Of a stretch of DNA of 64,000 bases, positions 1-11,264 are shown in pieces. The stretch is from NCBI GenBank assembly GCA_964187785.1, contig OZ076409.1, positions 82,586,001-82,650,000 of the forward strand, written 5' to 3'. A program made the position numbers and the translations under genes. Within the stretch, counting starts at the first letter, position 1, and each line of letters begins with the position of its first letter. This DNA comes from Amphiscolops sp. MND2022 (lineage: Eukaryota). The notes under the pieces were generated by a model, which did no database searches, was not told the DNA's origin, and was given only the letters and a program-made list of their open reading frames with translations.

Positions 1-14
1 AGTTCCAAAGAACA

Positions 15-840
15 ATGACTTCCTTTTATATTGATCTACTGTCTAATGCAAGTTTGGACATTTATCCACAAACTACTTTGGCATTTTTTTCAAATTTTAT
101 GTCAAATCCGATCAATTTGGGCAGAGGCAGTGAATGGGAAGTTGCACTCACAGACATTTCGTTCCCAAACCGAGTATACAATGTCACCTACGGTGATTTC
201 ACGCTAGGCTATTTTCCTACAACAACTCTTCAACGATATCGTTTTGTTGTAAACAAACCAGAAGCTGTCAACAAGGAACTTATAAATAGTTATTCAGATG
301 TTCCCTTTCTAAATCAACATCGTACATTCCAAAGGGATGTTACACAGACATTGGTCAAATTATTGACGCAATAAATTCTCAAACTGCTACTTTTACAAAC
401 ATGGAGAGTACAATGACCTTTACTTACAACGAGGAGGCTTTGAATCTTTCATTCACGTTTGAAGGAACTACAGAAGGACAGAGCCTTGTATACTTAAAAA
501 TTCAAAGTGAAGACTTGGCTCAAATTTTGGGATGGGGAACGGATGCTGTGTACTGTGAAGACAACCAAATCATTGCTCCCTACCCTGGTGATCTTCCACG
601 TTCGCACACAATTTTTGTATAAAGTGATATTGTAGACTTTAGTAATGCGGGCATTGTGAAGAACCAACTCTTAGGTGCCTTCACAATTCGTCAACGAACA
701 AAAAATGAGGACTTGGTTGTTTTTTATATCCTTACGACAACCGATCTTTCTCCAGTTTATTTCCCCTTACCAGTTTGGGTCTTGTAGTTTTAAATTTACA
801 TTTTCGCAAAAAACATGAGCCAGCAATGACTCCTCAATAA
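15..840 (+). pseudogene. Polinton minor capsid (penton-like) protein, frameshifted and internally deleted
   Basis: N-term FYIDLLSNASLDIYPQTTLAFFSN..PINL...WEVALTDISFP; middle (Y>stop)SDIVDFSNAG..NQLLG after 622; C-term LVVLNLHFRKK ending TAA at 838-840, overlapped by AATAAA. These match the conserved Polinton minor capsid pattern. Confidence 0.8.
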
Positions 841-872
841 AAGATTATTTGTCTTGGACAAACGTTTTTTTT

Positions 873-1301
873 CTATAAAAGATTACAAAACACTTGATAA
901 ATATCAAAATCAGTCGTTACTTTGGGTGTATTATCATCAAATTCCATGCAAAAAAAAATACAATAGTGACCACACAAGGAATTGACCTGCTTTATTGTAC
1001 TGTTCAAAGGTAGGAAAAATGTTGTTGTTGTTTTCTTCTGTTCTGGATGTGGCAGTCGGATAAACAACATTGGGTACTGATTCAAACTTGTTGCTTTCAG
1101 AGATTTTCCCAAATACTGAAATCCATTGGATAAGCAGATCAACGTTATCCAATGTCCGTCAGTGACTGTAGTGGTGTTTACAATTTAAACAGCGTTTTTG
1201 GCATAGATAAAATGAATGTATTGGGGCCGAAGCATCCCAAGTATCGATTTTTTCAGTGAGCGAATTTTGGAAATAACTTGTAGCAAGGCTGCACTATCCA
1301 T
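873..1301 (-). pseudogene. Polinton adenain-like cysteine (maturation) protease
   Basis: ATG at 1301 gives MDSAALLQ..., one internal stop, then IVNTTTVTDGHWITL (catalytic His) and QVNSLCGHYCIFF (Gln/Cys motif). Confidence 0.85.
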
Positions 1302-2606
1302 GTTTCAACACTGTTCGTGTATGATCATTTTGAACTGTCGTAAATCGTTCTCCCAGCAAAAACAGTTCCAAGGGCGTGCTAAGGTTGGTCGAAAGTTTGA
1401 GCTTGACCCGTATTGGTGCTCCCACAGTTTCTGGGTAGTAAATTTCTTGATTGCACTGTTGTGCGGAGGTGTGGTTGAAAACTAGATAATAGTGATTTTC
1501 ATATTTGTCCAACTTAATTAAGGGACCGTCTTGATCAAAATGGAGGTTGTCAATAGTCTTAAAGTAAAGTTGAGTTTTGGAACTTGTGCCGTATTTCACC
1601 ACTGGTACTCTATTCCGCAATACTCGCACATTCTTCAAACTGTGTTTGTGGAATGCAAGCGGAGTGTCTGTCCGACGTCCAATAAACTGATTGTTGGGAC
1701 ACATGGCCATTACCGTGCGTCTAATGGGATCTGCATTCAAAATATCTGTACGAATAAAATGATTTTGGTATTTGGAATCACAAATGTCTTGCTGCGTACT
1801 TCAAATTAATTGTATTTAGCAGGTCACTTGAACAGAGATTGTTGTAAATTGACGTGATAGTTTTCTGCAACAGTGTAGTAACGAGCAAAAATTGACACTC
1901 GTTCAATTTTTGGGGTGAAGGCAGGGTTGGCGACAGCACTTTGCAGCAAGTATTCGGGCTTGTTTCGTGTCAGTCGAAATCGCATAGAACAGTTGGGAAT
2001 GAGGAGTTGATCACAAGCAAAGAAATCCACCGCCAGATTTCCTTAGAATGTCTTTGAAGAGGTGGCTAGGGTCCATAGTTCTCGGTGGGCAAGCATATCA
2101 CCGGTAGCGGACTCAAAGTTGTAGCCTTGCGTAATGAGCTTTGTTGTGGGTGTAATTAGCCCTGTGTGTGGGACAGTTCAGTTTCAAAAAAGCTCTCTGT
2201 GCATACAAAATGTTGGACGTGTGTACGATTTCTTTGTTGATTAAAATGTCACAATTGGAAAAGAAGGAGTGTAAAGTGTTGTTGATGACGCTGACTTTGT
2301 CGGTTGCTTTAGCTACAGTGTTCCCTCGAGACACCTCCGTCTCCAATTTGGCATCGCCATTGGCGCCTTTTCCAATTTTCGCCTCCAACTTCAATTCGAC
2401 GCCTTGCAAATTCAAGTAATCGTTTCGATCAGTTGTGAGTACAAACTACTCAAAAACTGGTTCAACGTGTGCGATGACTGACAACGTTTCTTGTCAAAAG
2501 AATTGTCAAAAGACACAAGCACTTCTGGTTTAGAAAAAAAGTCTAGACTAGATTGGGTTGCCGGTTTAGGTATTATGTGCGCCGCAGCTGCCGTCGTCGT
2601 CGTCAT
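1294..2606 (-). pseudogene. Polinton major capsid protein (double jelly-roll, hexon-like), fragmented
   Basis: Collinear fragments QSSLDFFSKPEVLVSFDNSFD, NNTLHSFFSNCDILIN..SNILYAQRAF, DFFACDQLLIPNCSMRFRLTRN and PLAFHKHSLKNVRVLRN..YLVFNHT in ORFs 2412-2627, 2113-2415, 1824-2030 and 1294-1740. Confidence 0.85.
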
Positions 2607-2936
2607 TGTTTCGAGGTTGTCCGTCAAGGGAAGTTTTGAGAAATGTCAATCGTTTTACGTTTTTGAGTCTTTTTTGTTGTTGTTGTTGTTGTTTTTTGTG
2701 CCCCTTTTTTGCTGTGCCACTGTTTTTGATCTTGGAATTTTTTCCCACTGACTGTCGTCTTTTCTTTTTTGCCTGTTTTGGCGGCTGCACGCTTTACTGC
2801 CTTTTTAATGGTTCAAGATGTTGTTGGTTCACGACCAGTGACAACATCAAGATCTTCGGGCAACAAATTCAAAGCAAAGTCTTTTCCCACTCTTTTGGCA
2901 GAAGGCAACACGTACTTGGACAAAAATGGTAGTGCA
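2566..2936 (-). pseudogene. Polinton small basic core / amphipathic protein upstream of MCP, 5' part deleted
   Basis: Minus strand reads ALPFLSKYVLPSAKRVGKDFALNLLPEDLDVVTG..IKKAVKRAAAKT, followed by a K/R/Q-rich tail that overlaps the MCP start. Confidence 0.55.
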
Positions 2937-2939
2937 TGA

Positions 2940-3170
2940 TTTTAGTAATCTCAGCTTCGTGAAATTGGCCCTGAACTTCTTGGCTTTTTTCGTCGCGCAA
3001 AATGTAAGAAGGTTGATGATTGAATGAAGAACATTGTGGAAATTTCGTTTGTACACTGTAATAGATATCTTTCTATAAAGGGTACATTCTTTGAAGCATT
3101 GCGTTCAAAGTCGCCGACCTTTTACTTTGACTTTTTTCTTCATCACTGCCGACTTTTTTTCAGCAGTGTT
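2940..3170 (-). pseudogene. Polinton retroviral-type integrase, C-terminal fragment only
   Basis: KVGDFERNASKNVPFIERYLLQCTNEISTM and PSYILRDEKSQEVQGQFHEAEITKI resemble the Polinton integrase C-terminal pattern KVGDxVRI..F.KGY..T.EIF..P.Y.L.D..I.G.FY..EL. No DDE core is seen. Confidence 0.75.
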
Positions 3171-3544
3171 GCCCAAGTCGTTCAATTTGATTAATGTCAC
3201 GGGGAGATTGAAAAAGCACAATTTGAGTCAGTTGCAACTCAACGTCTCTTCCAAAGGGTGATTTATGAGAAAAATATATCCTTAAAATACAGAACATGCA
3301 AGTCCAAGAGTCTACCAGCTGTAGCAATCCGAGTGAAATCTTAAGATGCTAAAAGTTCCTCCGAAAAGTCATAAAAAATAAACAAGCGTTTTTTTCCTCG
3401 CTTCATTTTTTCGTACGCGTCTTGATACTTTGGTTGAAACACTGGCAGTGTTAAATGTTTATACAAAAGACTAGTCTTTCAAGAGCCTGTTGGACCAACA
3501 AGAGACATAAACACATGGTCGTCTCTGGGAAGGACCTTGTTCAT
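3170..3544 (-). pseudogene. Polinton A32/FtsK-like DNA packaging ATPase
   Basis: MNKVLPRDDHVFMSLVGPTGS*KT (Walker A with TGA at 3479-3481); RLFIFYDFSEE (degenerate Walker B); ATAGRL; ELQLTQIVLFQSPRDINQIERLG. Not in the ORF track because of stops. Confidence 0.88.
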
Positions 3545-3804
3545 TCCAGTGTCGGATTGGGTGGAATAGATCCTAGTCTACTGGCCAGCAAATCAATCCA
3601 AGCCGGCTTGTCTTTATCATTTGAAGATGATACAGAAAATTTGAATATACAAAACGATATAACCATACGAATGACAAGTAAATGACTGGAAAAGAAATTT
3701 TCAGACCGTGGAAAAGGCTTGCCGCAAAATGTCCAAAGCTTGCGTTCTTGGTTATTCTCATCAAAAACAAATTCTTGCACTGCAAGGTCCGGCTGATCAG
3801 TCAT
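3541..3804 (-). CDS. Small Polinton protein with a hydrophobic (possible TM) segment, function unknown
   Basis: Open 87-aa ORF with hydrophobic LLVIRMVISFCIFKF and C-term WIDLLASRLGSIPPNP. Joined by ATGA overlaps to both neighbours. Confidence 0.55.
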   Translation of the reverse strand: MTDQPDLAVQEFVFDENNQERKLWTFCGKPFPRSENFFSSHLLVIRMVISFCIFKFSVSSSNDKDKPAWIDLLASRLGSIPPNPTLE

Positions 3805-4461
3805 GCTGCAAATTTAACAATTGATGATGATGATAAATACACGAGTGTGAGTGCTGCATTGTTATGCACCGGGGAAGACTTTCGCGCCATTTCCTCAAAA
3901 GCAGGATCTTTAATTTTATTGGCTAACCAATTGAGAGGAAGCTCACTATTGATGACACCACATTTCTCATAATGATTGGGGTATTTGGGGAAATTGGGAC
4001 ACAATGGCCAGTTCTCCTTGTCTTGCTCGTCGTCGTCGTCATCGTCGTCGTCGCTGTTCTCTCTATTGTTATTTTTCAATTATTGGATTGCAGAGGCGTC
4101 GGGCAGCCCATGTCTTCCAAGTTGTAAACTTTAAATTTGAAAAAACGAGAAAAAAGTCGCTCTTTTGCACTCCTTTTGCATACGTCATTACTCCTGGTGG
4201 AATGAGGTTGTATACAGCATTCCTCAACTCCTTATATTCAATAGCGCCTTCATCCCACGGAACATTGAGAGTGTTGGTGTTGTTTATGTTGTTGTTATAT
4301 TCCAGTTGTTCTTCTCGGGTTAGATTTTTCCATGGTCTGCGAGGTTTGAATGAAAAATATAGAGAATGATAAGGTGTGGTTACGCTAATTCCTTTAACGA
4401 CATCGTTTTCTGAAAACTCAACATCCAATACAAACGTGATAATGTAGTTGAAATCAGCCAT
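3801..4461 (-). pseudogene. Polinton accessory protein, DEDD/DnaQ-exonuclease-like family, frameshifted
   Basis: FVLDVEF..KGIS..FKPRRPW..L..VPWDEG.I.Y..YAKGVQK, then NLEDMGCP in an alternate frame, an acidic tract and C..P..H...C...N...L.WL. Confidence 0.55.
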
Positions 4462-4520
4462 GCTAGCAAGCAACCAAATTCTGTAAAAGTATGGGTGTAT
4501 TGAAGCACTCAAAACATTTG

Positions 4521-5165
4521 TTAATGGTTATTGCAACTGACGCTGCTGCTGCTGCAGCTGCTGTTGATTTCTGGGTTCTTCGATGTTGTGATTTTACGAA
4601 ATAAGCCAGTCTCTGTGATTGGACTTGCTTCTTTAGGTATTCCATTTGGGTAGCTCCGAATCTCTTTGACAACACTCAAAAAACGAGATAGCTCCATCCA
4701 AGAAATGTCTAATGTTTGTTGCATTTTCCAGCGATTTTAATGTTGAATAAAGAGTTTTAAGTCCAAGTAGGTAGCTTGAGGATAATGCTTGGAAGCTACT
4801 CTGACGGCTCTCGATTTCTTTGAGATAAAGTCTTGAACATCGATGATGAAGTCAAAGTAGTCCATAACATTCTTGTGGTAGGGCATGCGAACATCCAGTG
4901 AAATGTCAAAAACATTGACAACGTTGGTGTAAACGTCGTCCCAAGATATTCTGTTTAATTCTTGAAACTTGAGAGTCAAATATTTTTGTGGAAAATAATC
5001 CTTGGTCTCTTCATCCAACTTGAACAGTTCAATACTTGTGTAGCTCTCTGAAGACGACGGATGGGTTTTACCGGTATATACAAGGTAACGTTTTGTACTA
5101 ACTTCAACTTTGAAACATTTTAACACTTTACAATTGGTAGGGTTGATGACAGCAGTTGATGTCAT
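4521..5165 (-). pseudogene. Accessory protein with two putative PC4-like ssDNA-binding repeats, split by an in-frame TAA at 4737-4739
   Basis: ORFs 4737-5165 and 4521-4724 share a frame. Repeats KRYLVYT..YTSIELFK..KYLTLKFQELNRI and RAVRVASK..YLDLKLF..QTLDISWMELSRFL. Confidence 0.4.
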
Positions 5166-5404
5166 GATGAAAATGTTTTATTTTGTCAAAGTTTTGAATC
5201 AGCAAACAACAACTGAACTGTAGGTAGTGAACAAAAGTAATGATTTGAATTGGCAAGGTAGCCTTGCAAAAGAAAACTACTTAGTTTTTGTGCTGATGTC
5301 ATTTCTGGGAATGGTGGAAATTTCAGATAATGAATGTTGCTGCAAAATTTCCAATAGATGAGTCACGACAACAATCTGCATTTGAACAACATTCATCAAA
5401 GACG

Positions 5405-5875
5405 TTATAGTGTAGTGGGTTGTGGACCTCTGTTGGCTGCTGGTGAGTGTCGTCTCATTTTTTTCCGACCAATCCGTCTCCAAAGTAGACTCGTGACACA
5501 TTCTTTGCTTCGATGTAGACGATTGTGTTTGGTAGCCAAGAACAAAGGTTCCATCAGGAAGTTTCCATGGATACAAACAACTTTTTCCAGAAGAATAATA
5601 AAGAATTTGAAATAACTGTAGGGACAATTTACATTTTCAAAATCAAAACTCAAATGTATCAACTTGTTTTGTATATCGTCAAAACCATAAAGCATGATGT
5701 GACATTCGCACTGCAAATTTTTGTTACAAAACTTGTTTGTTTGATGTTCACCCACAGCAAATGCAGGAGTTACCAGAAAACTTTGAAAATTGTTTGAATT
5801 TGTAGTAACAAACAGGCACTTGTTTAGATTGAAATTCTCCCGACAGGACGATGGCAAGTGCTGCTGCATATTCAT
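5405..5875 (-). CDS. Polinton ORFan, Cys/His-containing, possibly frameshifted
   Basis: 156-aa ORF in the minus-strand gene block, directly divergent from pPolB. No recognised motif. Confidence 0.3.
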   Translation of the reverse strand: MNMQQHLPSSCRENFNLNKCLFVTTNSNNFQSFLVTPAFAVGEHQTNKFCNKNLQCECHIMLYGFDDIQNKLIHLSFDFENVNCPYSYFKFFIILLEKVVCIHGNFLMEPLFLATKHNRLHRSKECVTSLLWRRIGRKKMRRHSPAANRGPQPTTL

Positions 5876-5879
5876 CGCG

Positions 5880-8800
5880 ATGCACTCGTCTGACGGAGCA
5901 ACAACAACAAATCCTTCAAGTTAGCAGCAATCCGTTGTAATTTTTGTTTGCAGTAAAGTGGAAAAGAATTTTCCCGCAAATACAACCGAAACCGACATGA
6001 AAAGACACACGACAAAGATGATTTACACTGTGGACAGTGCAACTACATAGCAAAAAGTAGTCAAGATCTCCACTCATAAATCGCTGAAGCATGTGAAAAA
6101 GAAAAACTTCAAATGTAGCTACTGTGATTCAACCTTTGCAGCAATGCTCAAGTTGCAACAACATACACATACTGAACATGAATTGTCGAAGTCACTAAAT
6201 TCCCAACTTAACGATGCCCAATTTGGCGACGATGATACACTGAGGGAGCTTGTCCGTAGAAAGAGACATGTTATGGGGGATCAAATTGTTTTGCTACCCC
6301 ACTAAAAACTTGTTATTTTATTTTGAAGGATGAAGGGATTGATAATACTTGTAAAGTACTCGATGAAGCTTTTGCAAAAATAACGCGGGTATCCAAAATG
6401 AATGTCAGTTTTGGATATGTTCTCTCAAACAACGAAACTGGCGAATATCGGTACTACTATTCAAGTGACAATACAACGATCCTACCCAAACCAAAGCTGG
6501 TAGAAAACTTTGAACAATTCAAACTGATGAAACAAGACATTTTCAACACTGACTTCATTGAAGAGTTTATAAACTTTCGCGACAACACAAAATGGACTTT
6601 CTACTGTTTAACCAACGACTCTCTACATGCCACACACTTGTCACGGCGGCCAATGCGAAGCACCGATCAAGATGTATTAGATGTTCCGGATTTCATCAAA
6701 TCCTCAAGTAGTGTTTGGACACTTGCCCAGAGCAGGTCTACAAGAAGACGGCTCAATGATAATCTTTGCGTTTTTCGTGTCTTGGCTGCCCTGCAACGAA
6801 ATTCCATGCATGGATTGGAAACTAAAACAATGGAGGTTTTTCAAATGTAAATTCGCGGAGTGCAAAAAAAACGTTCAAGATTTTACCGGTATTGAGCTGA
6901 CGGACCTGCCAGACGTTGAAAAGTTTTGTTCTTGCGCCATCCGAGTGTTTTTGGCTGATCTAGATGTAAATAAAGTAGTACAAGGTGAATTGTTACACCA
7001 AAGTAAAGGATAACTGGAAATGAGTCTACAACAAACAAACAATTTTGTTGATCTTTTTCTAGTTCATAACCACACTTGTCTAATCCGGAATCTATACGTA
7101 TTTTTTCGACTATTGAAGTGCATCAAGTGTGAACAGTACTTTTCACGACTGTTTTAATTGAATCGCCATCTAAAGTCATGCTCGGAAAAGTAAGATCACT
7201 CGTATCCAGGTGGGAAATATACGCCCACTTCCACTTTTTTCTTGACACTAGAAACTGTGGTTGATGTTTGTGTTCCGCAGGAGCATAGATTCTATAAGTC
7301 GTTTGAAACCTTTGACTTTGAAGCAATTCTGAGAAAAAAGCCATCGCCGTCACCACTGCAAACAAATGGAAATGATTGTTTCAATAAAACTAAAAAGTTG
7401 TAATTTACTCATCAACATGTTCTTGTATCGGTTGCACTATATCAAAATGTTACAACAGACAAATCAGCTGCTCATTGGCTAGTAGAAAAAGACCTAACGT
7501 TTTGGTAGCCAAGTTTGTCGACTATTTAATGGAATTGTCCCTCAAAAATATTTCTCACCAGCGACAAATGTTTTTGCCCTATTTAGAACAATTTGATGAA
7601 ATGTTATTAGATTTTGAACCAGATGACTCCGTTGGAGAGAACACACACTCAGATGATGAAGACGATGGACTAACAGAACTCACTACTACTAGTAGTGTGT
7701 CCAGCACACAGCAAATGTTGCACAGATTGCTGAAGAAGACACGAACTCAGTTCTTACGATATATTGAAGAGCTACCAATTGTTGGTTTCAACAGCGGGAC
7801 TTATTTTTTGAATTTGATAAAGCTATACCTTTTAAAGTCGATGCAACGTTACGTTAGCTTGTCATCTATCGAGTGTATCAAGCGAAATACTCTCTTCCTA
7901 CTGCTTTTGACACCAAACTTGCGTTTTATTGACAGTAGTCATTTTGTTGTCGCTGGTACATCATTAGACAAGTTTTTGAAAGCCAATGGTAGCGAAGTCA
8001 CCAAGGTTTTCATTCCCTACGATCATCTCACAAGTTTGAAGTTTGACAAGAGACTTCATTATCACACTACGAAGCCTTCTTTTTATCTTTGAAGAGTGAG
8101 AATAATTTGGAGAACGAGATTAACGGTTTCGTTCGAAACGGAGGCAACCTCAACTATCCAACGAGACCAAAGACAGGGCTGGAAGTATATGAGGACATTA
8201 AACAAACATGGGAGAAGGAGGGAATTCAAACAAAGATGGATTATTTAAAATATTACAATAACCTTGATGTTTATCCCCTCCACAAGGCTGTGACCAAAAT
8301 GACCCAGATCTATGAACAACATTCAATTGACTTGCTGAAGGAAATTCTAACACTCAGTGGTGCCGCCAACAAAATCTTACATTGATCAAACAAGGGCGAG
8401 GGAATTTTTTTGTTCAACCATAAAAACAAGTATTTGTATGAAAGCGTTCGAAACAACATGTTGGGGGCCCAAGTATAGCTTTCAGTCGTTACGAAAACAT
8501 CAATGAAACTGTAATCAAAGATGAAAAAATAAGGTCAAGTCAAAAGTTTGTTATGATGGCAATGCATTGTATTTATCTGCTATCGGTGGAAACATGCCAA
8601 CTGGACCTTTGACTCATTACGTGTGCAACAGCGACATTACCCTAGTTTTCAAAAAAGTGAATTTTTACAGGCCGAACGACAGTATGTTGCCTTTATATTC
8701 GAACAACATCATGATCAAAATCCAAATTGTTCAGTGACCACTCGTTACACGAATTTGCGCCACCAAGTTAGAACACTCGTTGAATTTTGAAACAATGAAC

Positions 8801-10248
8801 CAGACATTTACTTATGAGGTGCTTCAATCTGCTAAATGTTTCAGCCACCTCTATTTCATGGAAAAACCACGGCGAAAATTCGTGAAAATGACAAGGAGCG
8901 TCAGAAAATATTTTAAATGCAGGATTCCGTGTGACTGAGCAATGGGAGTGTCAATGGAATCAACTTAAAGAAACAGATCCCGAAAAAAAGAGGACGTGAG
9001 AAAACTTGATTGTCTACCACAAAAGTTCACAACTTTGGAGACATTTCTCAATGCAGTTTGCAAAAAAAATTATGGAATACCTGAAATTGATATCGATGTT
9101 CCAGATCACCAAAAGGAATGCTTTAAAGAACTTCCACCCATCTTCAAATATATAATTGTCGAGAGGCATCATCTTTCTGTCGAACTGCAAGATTATGCCA
9201 AAGAGTTCGGTTTGATGAAAAGCGGTTGGAAATTTGTTGTCGCCAGCTACTTTGGAGAAAAGATAATGTTATCTACAGACTACATCGAGTGGTGTTTGGA
9301 ACAAGGTTTAGTTGTTACAAAATGCTACCAGTTTCTTCGTTACAAAAAAGCACAACAAGATTTTTCGAATTTTGTAACTTCCAACAGTTGTCGAGGAGAT
9401 GTAGACAAGGTGCTCAGTGTGATGGCAGAAACATCCACTTTTATTGGAAGCAGCGCATATGGCATCCAACTCATAAACAAATCAAAATTTCAAAAGACGC
9501 TTTTTGTTCAGGAAAGAAAAGTTGATCAAAAAATCAATTCACCGAAATTCCGTACCTACGATATTGTGGATGAAAAGATTTACAAAATTAACATGGCCAA
9601 AAGAACAATTATGCACGATGAACCCATTCTCGTTGGCTTTACAGTACTAAACAATGGAAAACAAAAATGTTAGAGTTTCGTTACGACTTTAGGATTTTCG
9701 TTAGGATTCTGAGACCAAGGTCTTTTCGTGCTATAGAGATGGACACAGACTCTTTCTACATGGCTCTGACAGAAACCGACCTGCCTGAGAGTTTCACTGA
9801 GGTTGCAAAGACACAAATGCAAGAAAATGCAAAGCATTTCCAAGAACAAGACGACTGTTATCTACCAAATGCGCAACTGAATTTTCTAAGTCGAAGCTGT
9901 AGTAGAGAGCACGCTGCAATCGATAGAAAAACATCTGGACTCTTCAAAATTGAATGGAAGGGGAACGGAAATGATATGGCTCAACAGCAAAACCTATTGG
10001 CTTTAAAAAAAACATCAAAAAAATGAAAATGACTCAACGAGGAAAACAACAAAAATCTGGAGTCGCCACTGGAAAGATTTAAATCTGTTTTGTTCAACAA
10101 GGTGCCCTACGAAGGATCCAACAAAGGATTTCGCTACTACCGAGGAAATACGTTTACATATAAACAAAACAAAATGTCTTTTACATATTTTTATTACAAA
10201 CTATTTGTGCATGCTAATGGTTTTCCAACATTCTCAATAAATGTATAA
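5880..10248 (+). pseudogene. polB: Protein-primed family B DNA polymerase (pPolB) with N-terminal C2H2 zinc fingers and a Vsr-like nuclease insertion; many stops and frameshifts
   Basis: ExoI FDFEA (7311), ExoII PIVGFNSGTY, LRFIDS, KVFIPYD, ExoIII YNNLDVYPL, motif A YDGNALYLSAIGGNMPTG (8552), motif B SSAYG, motif C EMDTDSFY, GLFKIEW, and C-term NKGFRYY..TYKQNKMSFTYFYYK ending TAA at 10246-10248. Confidence 0.93.
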
Positions 10249-11264
10249 AGGAAACATGTTTTTATAAACAATACTTTTTCTAAAAAAAAACATTGTTCCA
10301 ACTTGTTTTTCAGTTTCGAAGCTCTGCAATTTTTCAGAAATGTCTAGCAACGAAAAGGCGACAATGTCTCGAAAGAATATCACTGTTCCTACTGTTCTTC
10401 GTACAAACAAAAAGAAGACAAGACAAGCAATATTCAGTTTAGGTAAATTTTTGGAAATTATCCAACTAGAGGTAAACTGTAGCCCAAATGGGACTTTATC
10501 TTTATGATGTTTCGGACACACATCTTGGTGATGTCAGCACAGTGAGCGAAAGAGACTCGGCTCCTCACAGTAGCAAACAAAAAAAACGTTGTTTCGGGAC
10601 TTGGATGATGCGGAATACCAGGTTGACGAATCAGAACGGAACCTCTTGGAGAAATTGTTCATAGATGACGATAAAAACAGTTTCGCGTGGTACTTTAAGG
10701 ATAATAAAACAGATTGTAACAACAAGCCATCCACAAGTAGCTATCTTGAACAAAGTCTAAAGGTACTCTTTGCTTCTTCTTGCTGTAAAAGTCTCTGACA
10801 TTGAAAGAGTCAATTTTTCTCAGAACACTGACAATTTGAATATGGAGTAGCCTGAATTGCTGTATAATGTAGAACAGCTCGAAAACAAAATTTCAAAAGA
10901 GACAACCTCAGATTTAGAGGAACAAGTGAGGGTAACTGACTTTTGTCCCCTTCCTTTATTCAGTTCACTATTGTTTGTGAAAGCTTTATACTTTTTCATT
11001 ATAGGAAATGCAAAACAAAACTTGCACGTTTGCTGAATTTTTTCCTGATCAAGTTGATTCGTCAGGAGACCCCTTGCTAACAATGGAAGACTTAGAGACT
11101 GCAGAAACCCTTGCTCAACAATTTGAATTAGCGTCTCGGAAAAGAAAAAAATCCGTCAGATTCGTGAAAAGGTTTAAAAAAAGTTTTCAAAGCTAGGTGT
11201 TCATGTCGTTCAACCTAAATTCATGAAGTTATTTTTGTTACCAAATTCTTCGTCATCATCATAC

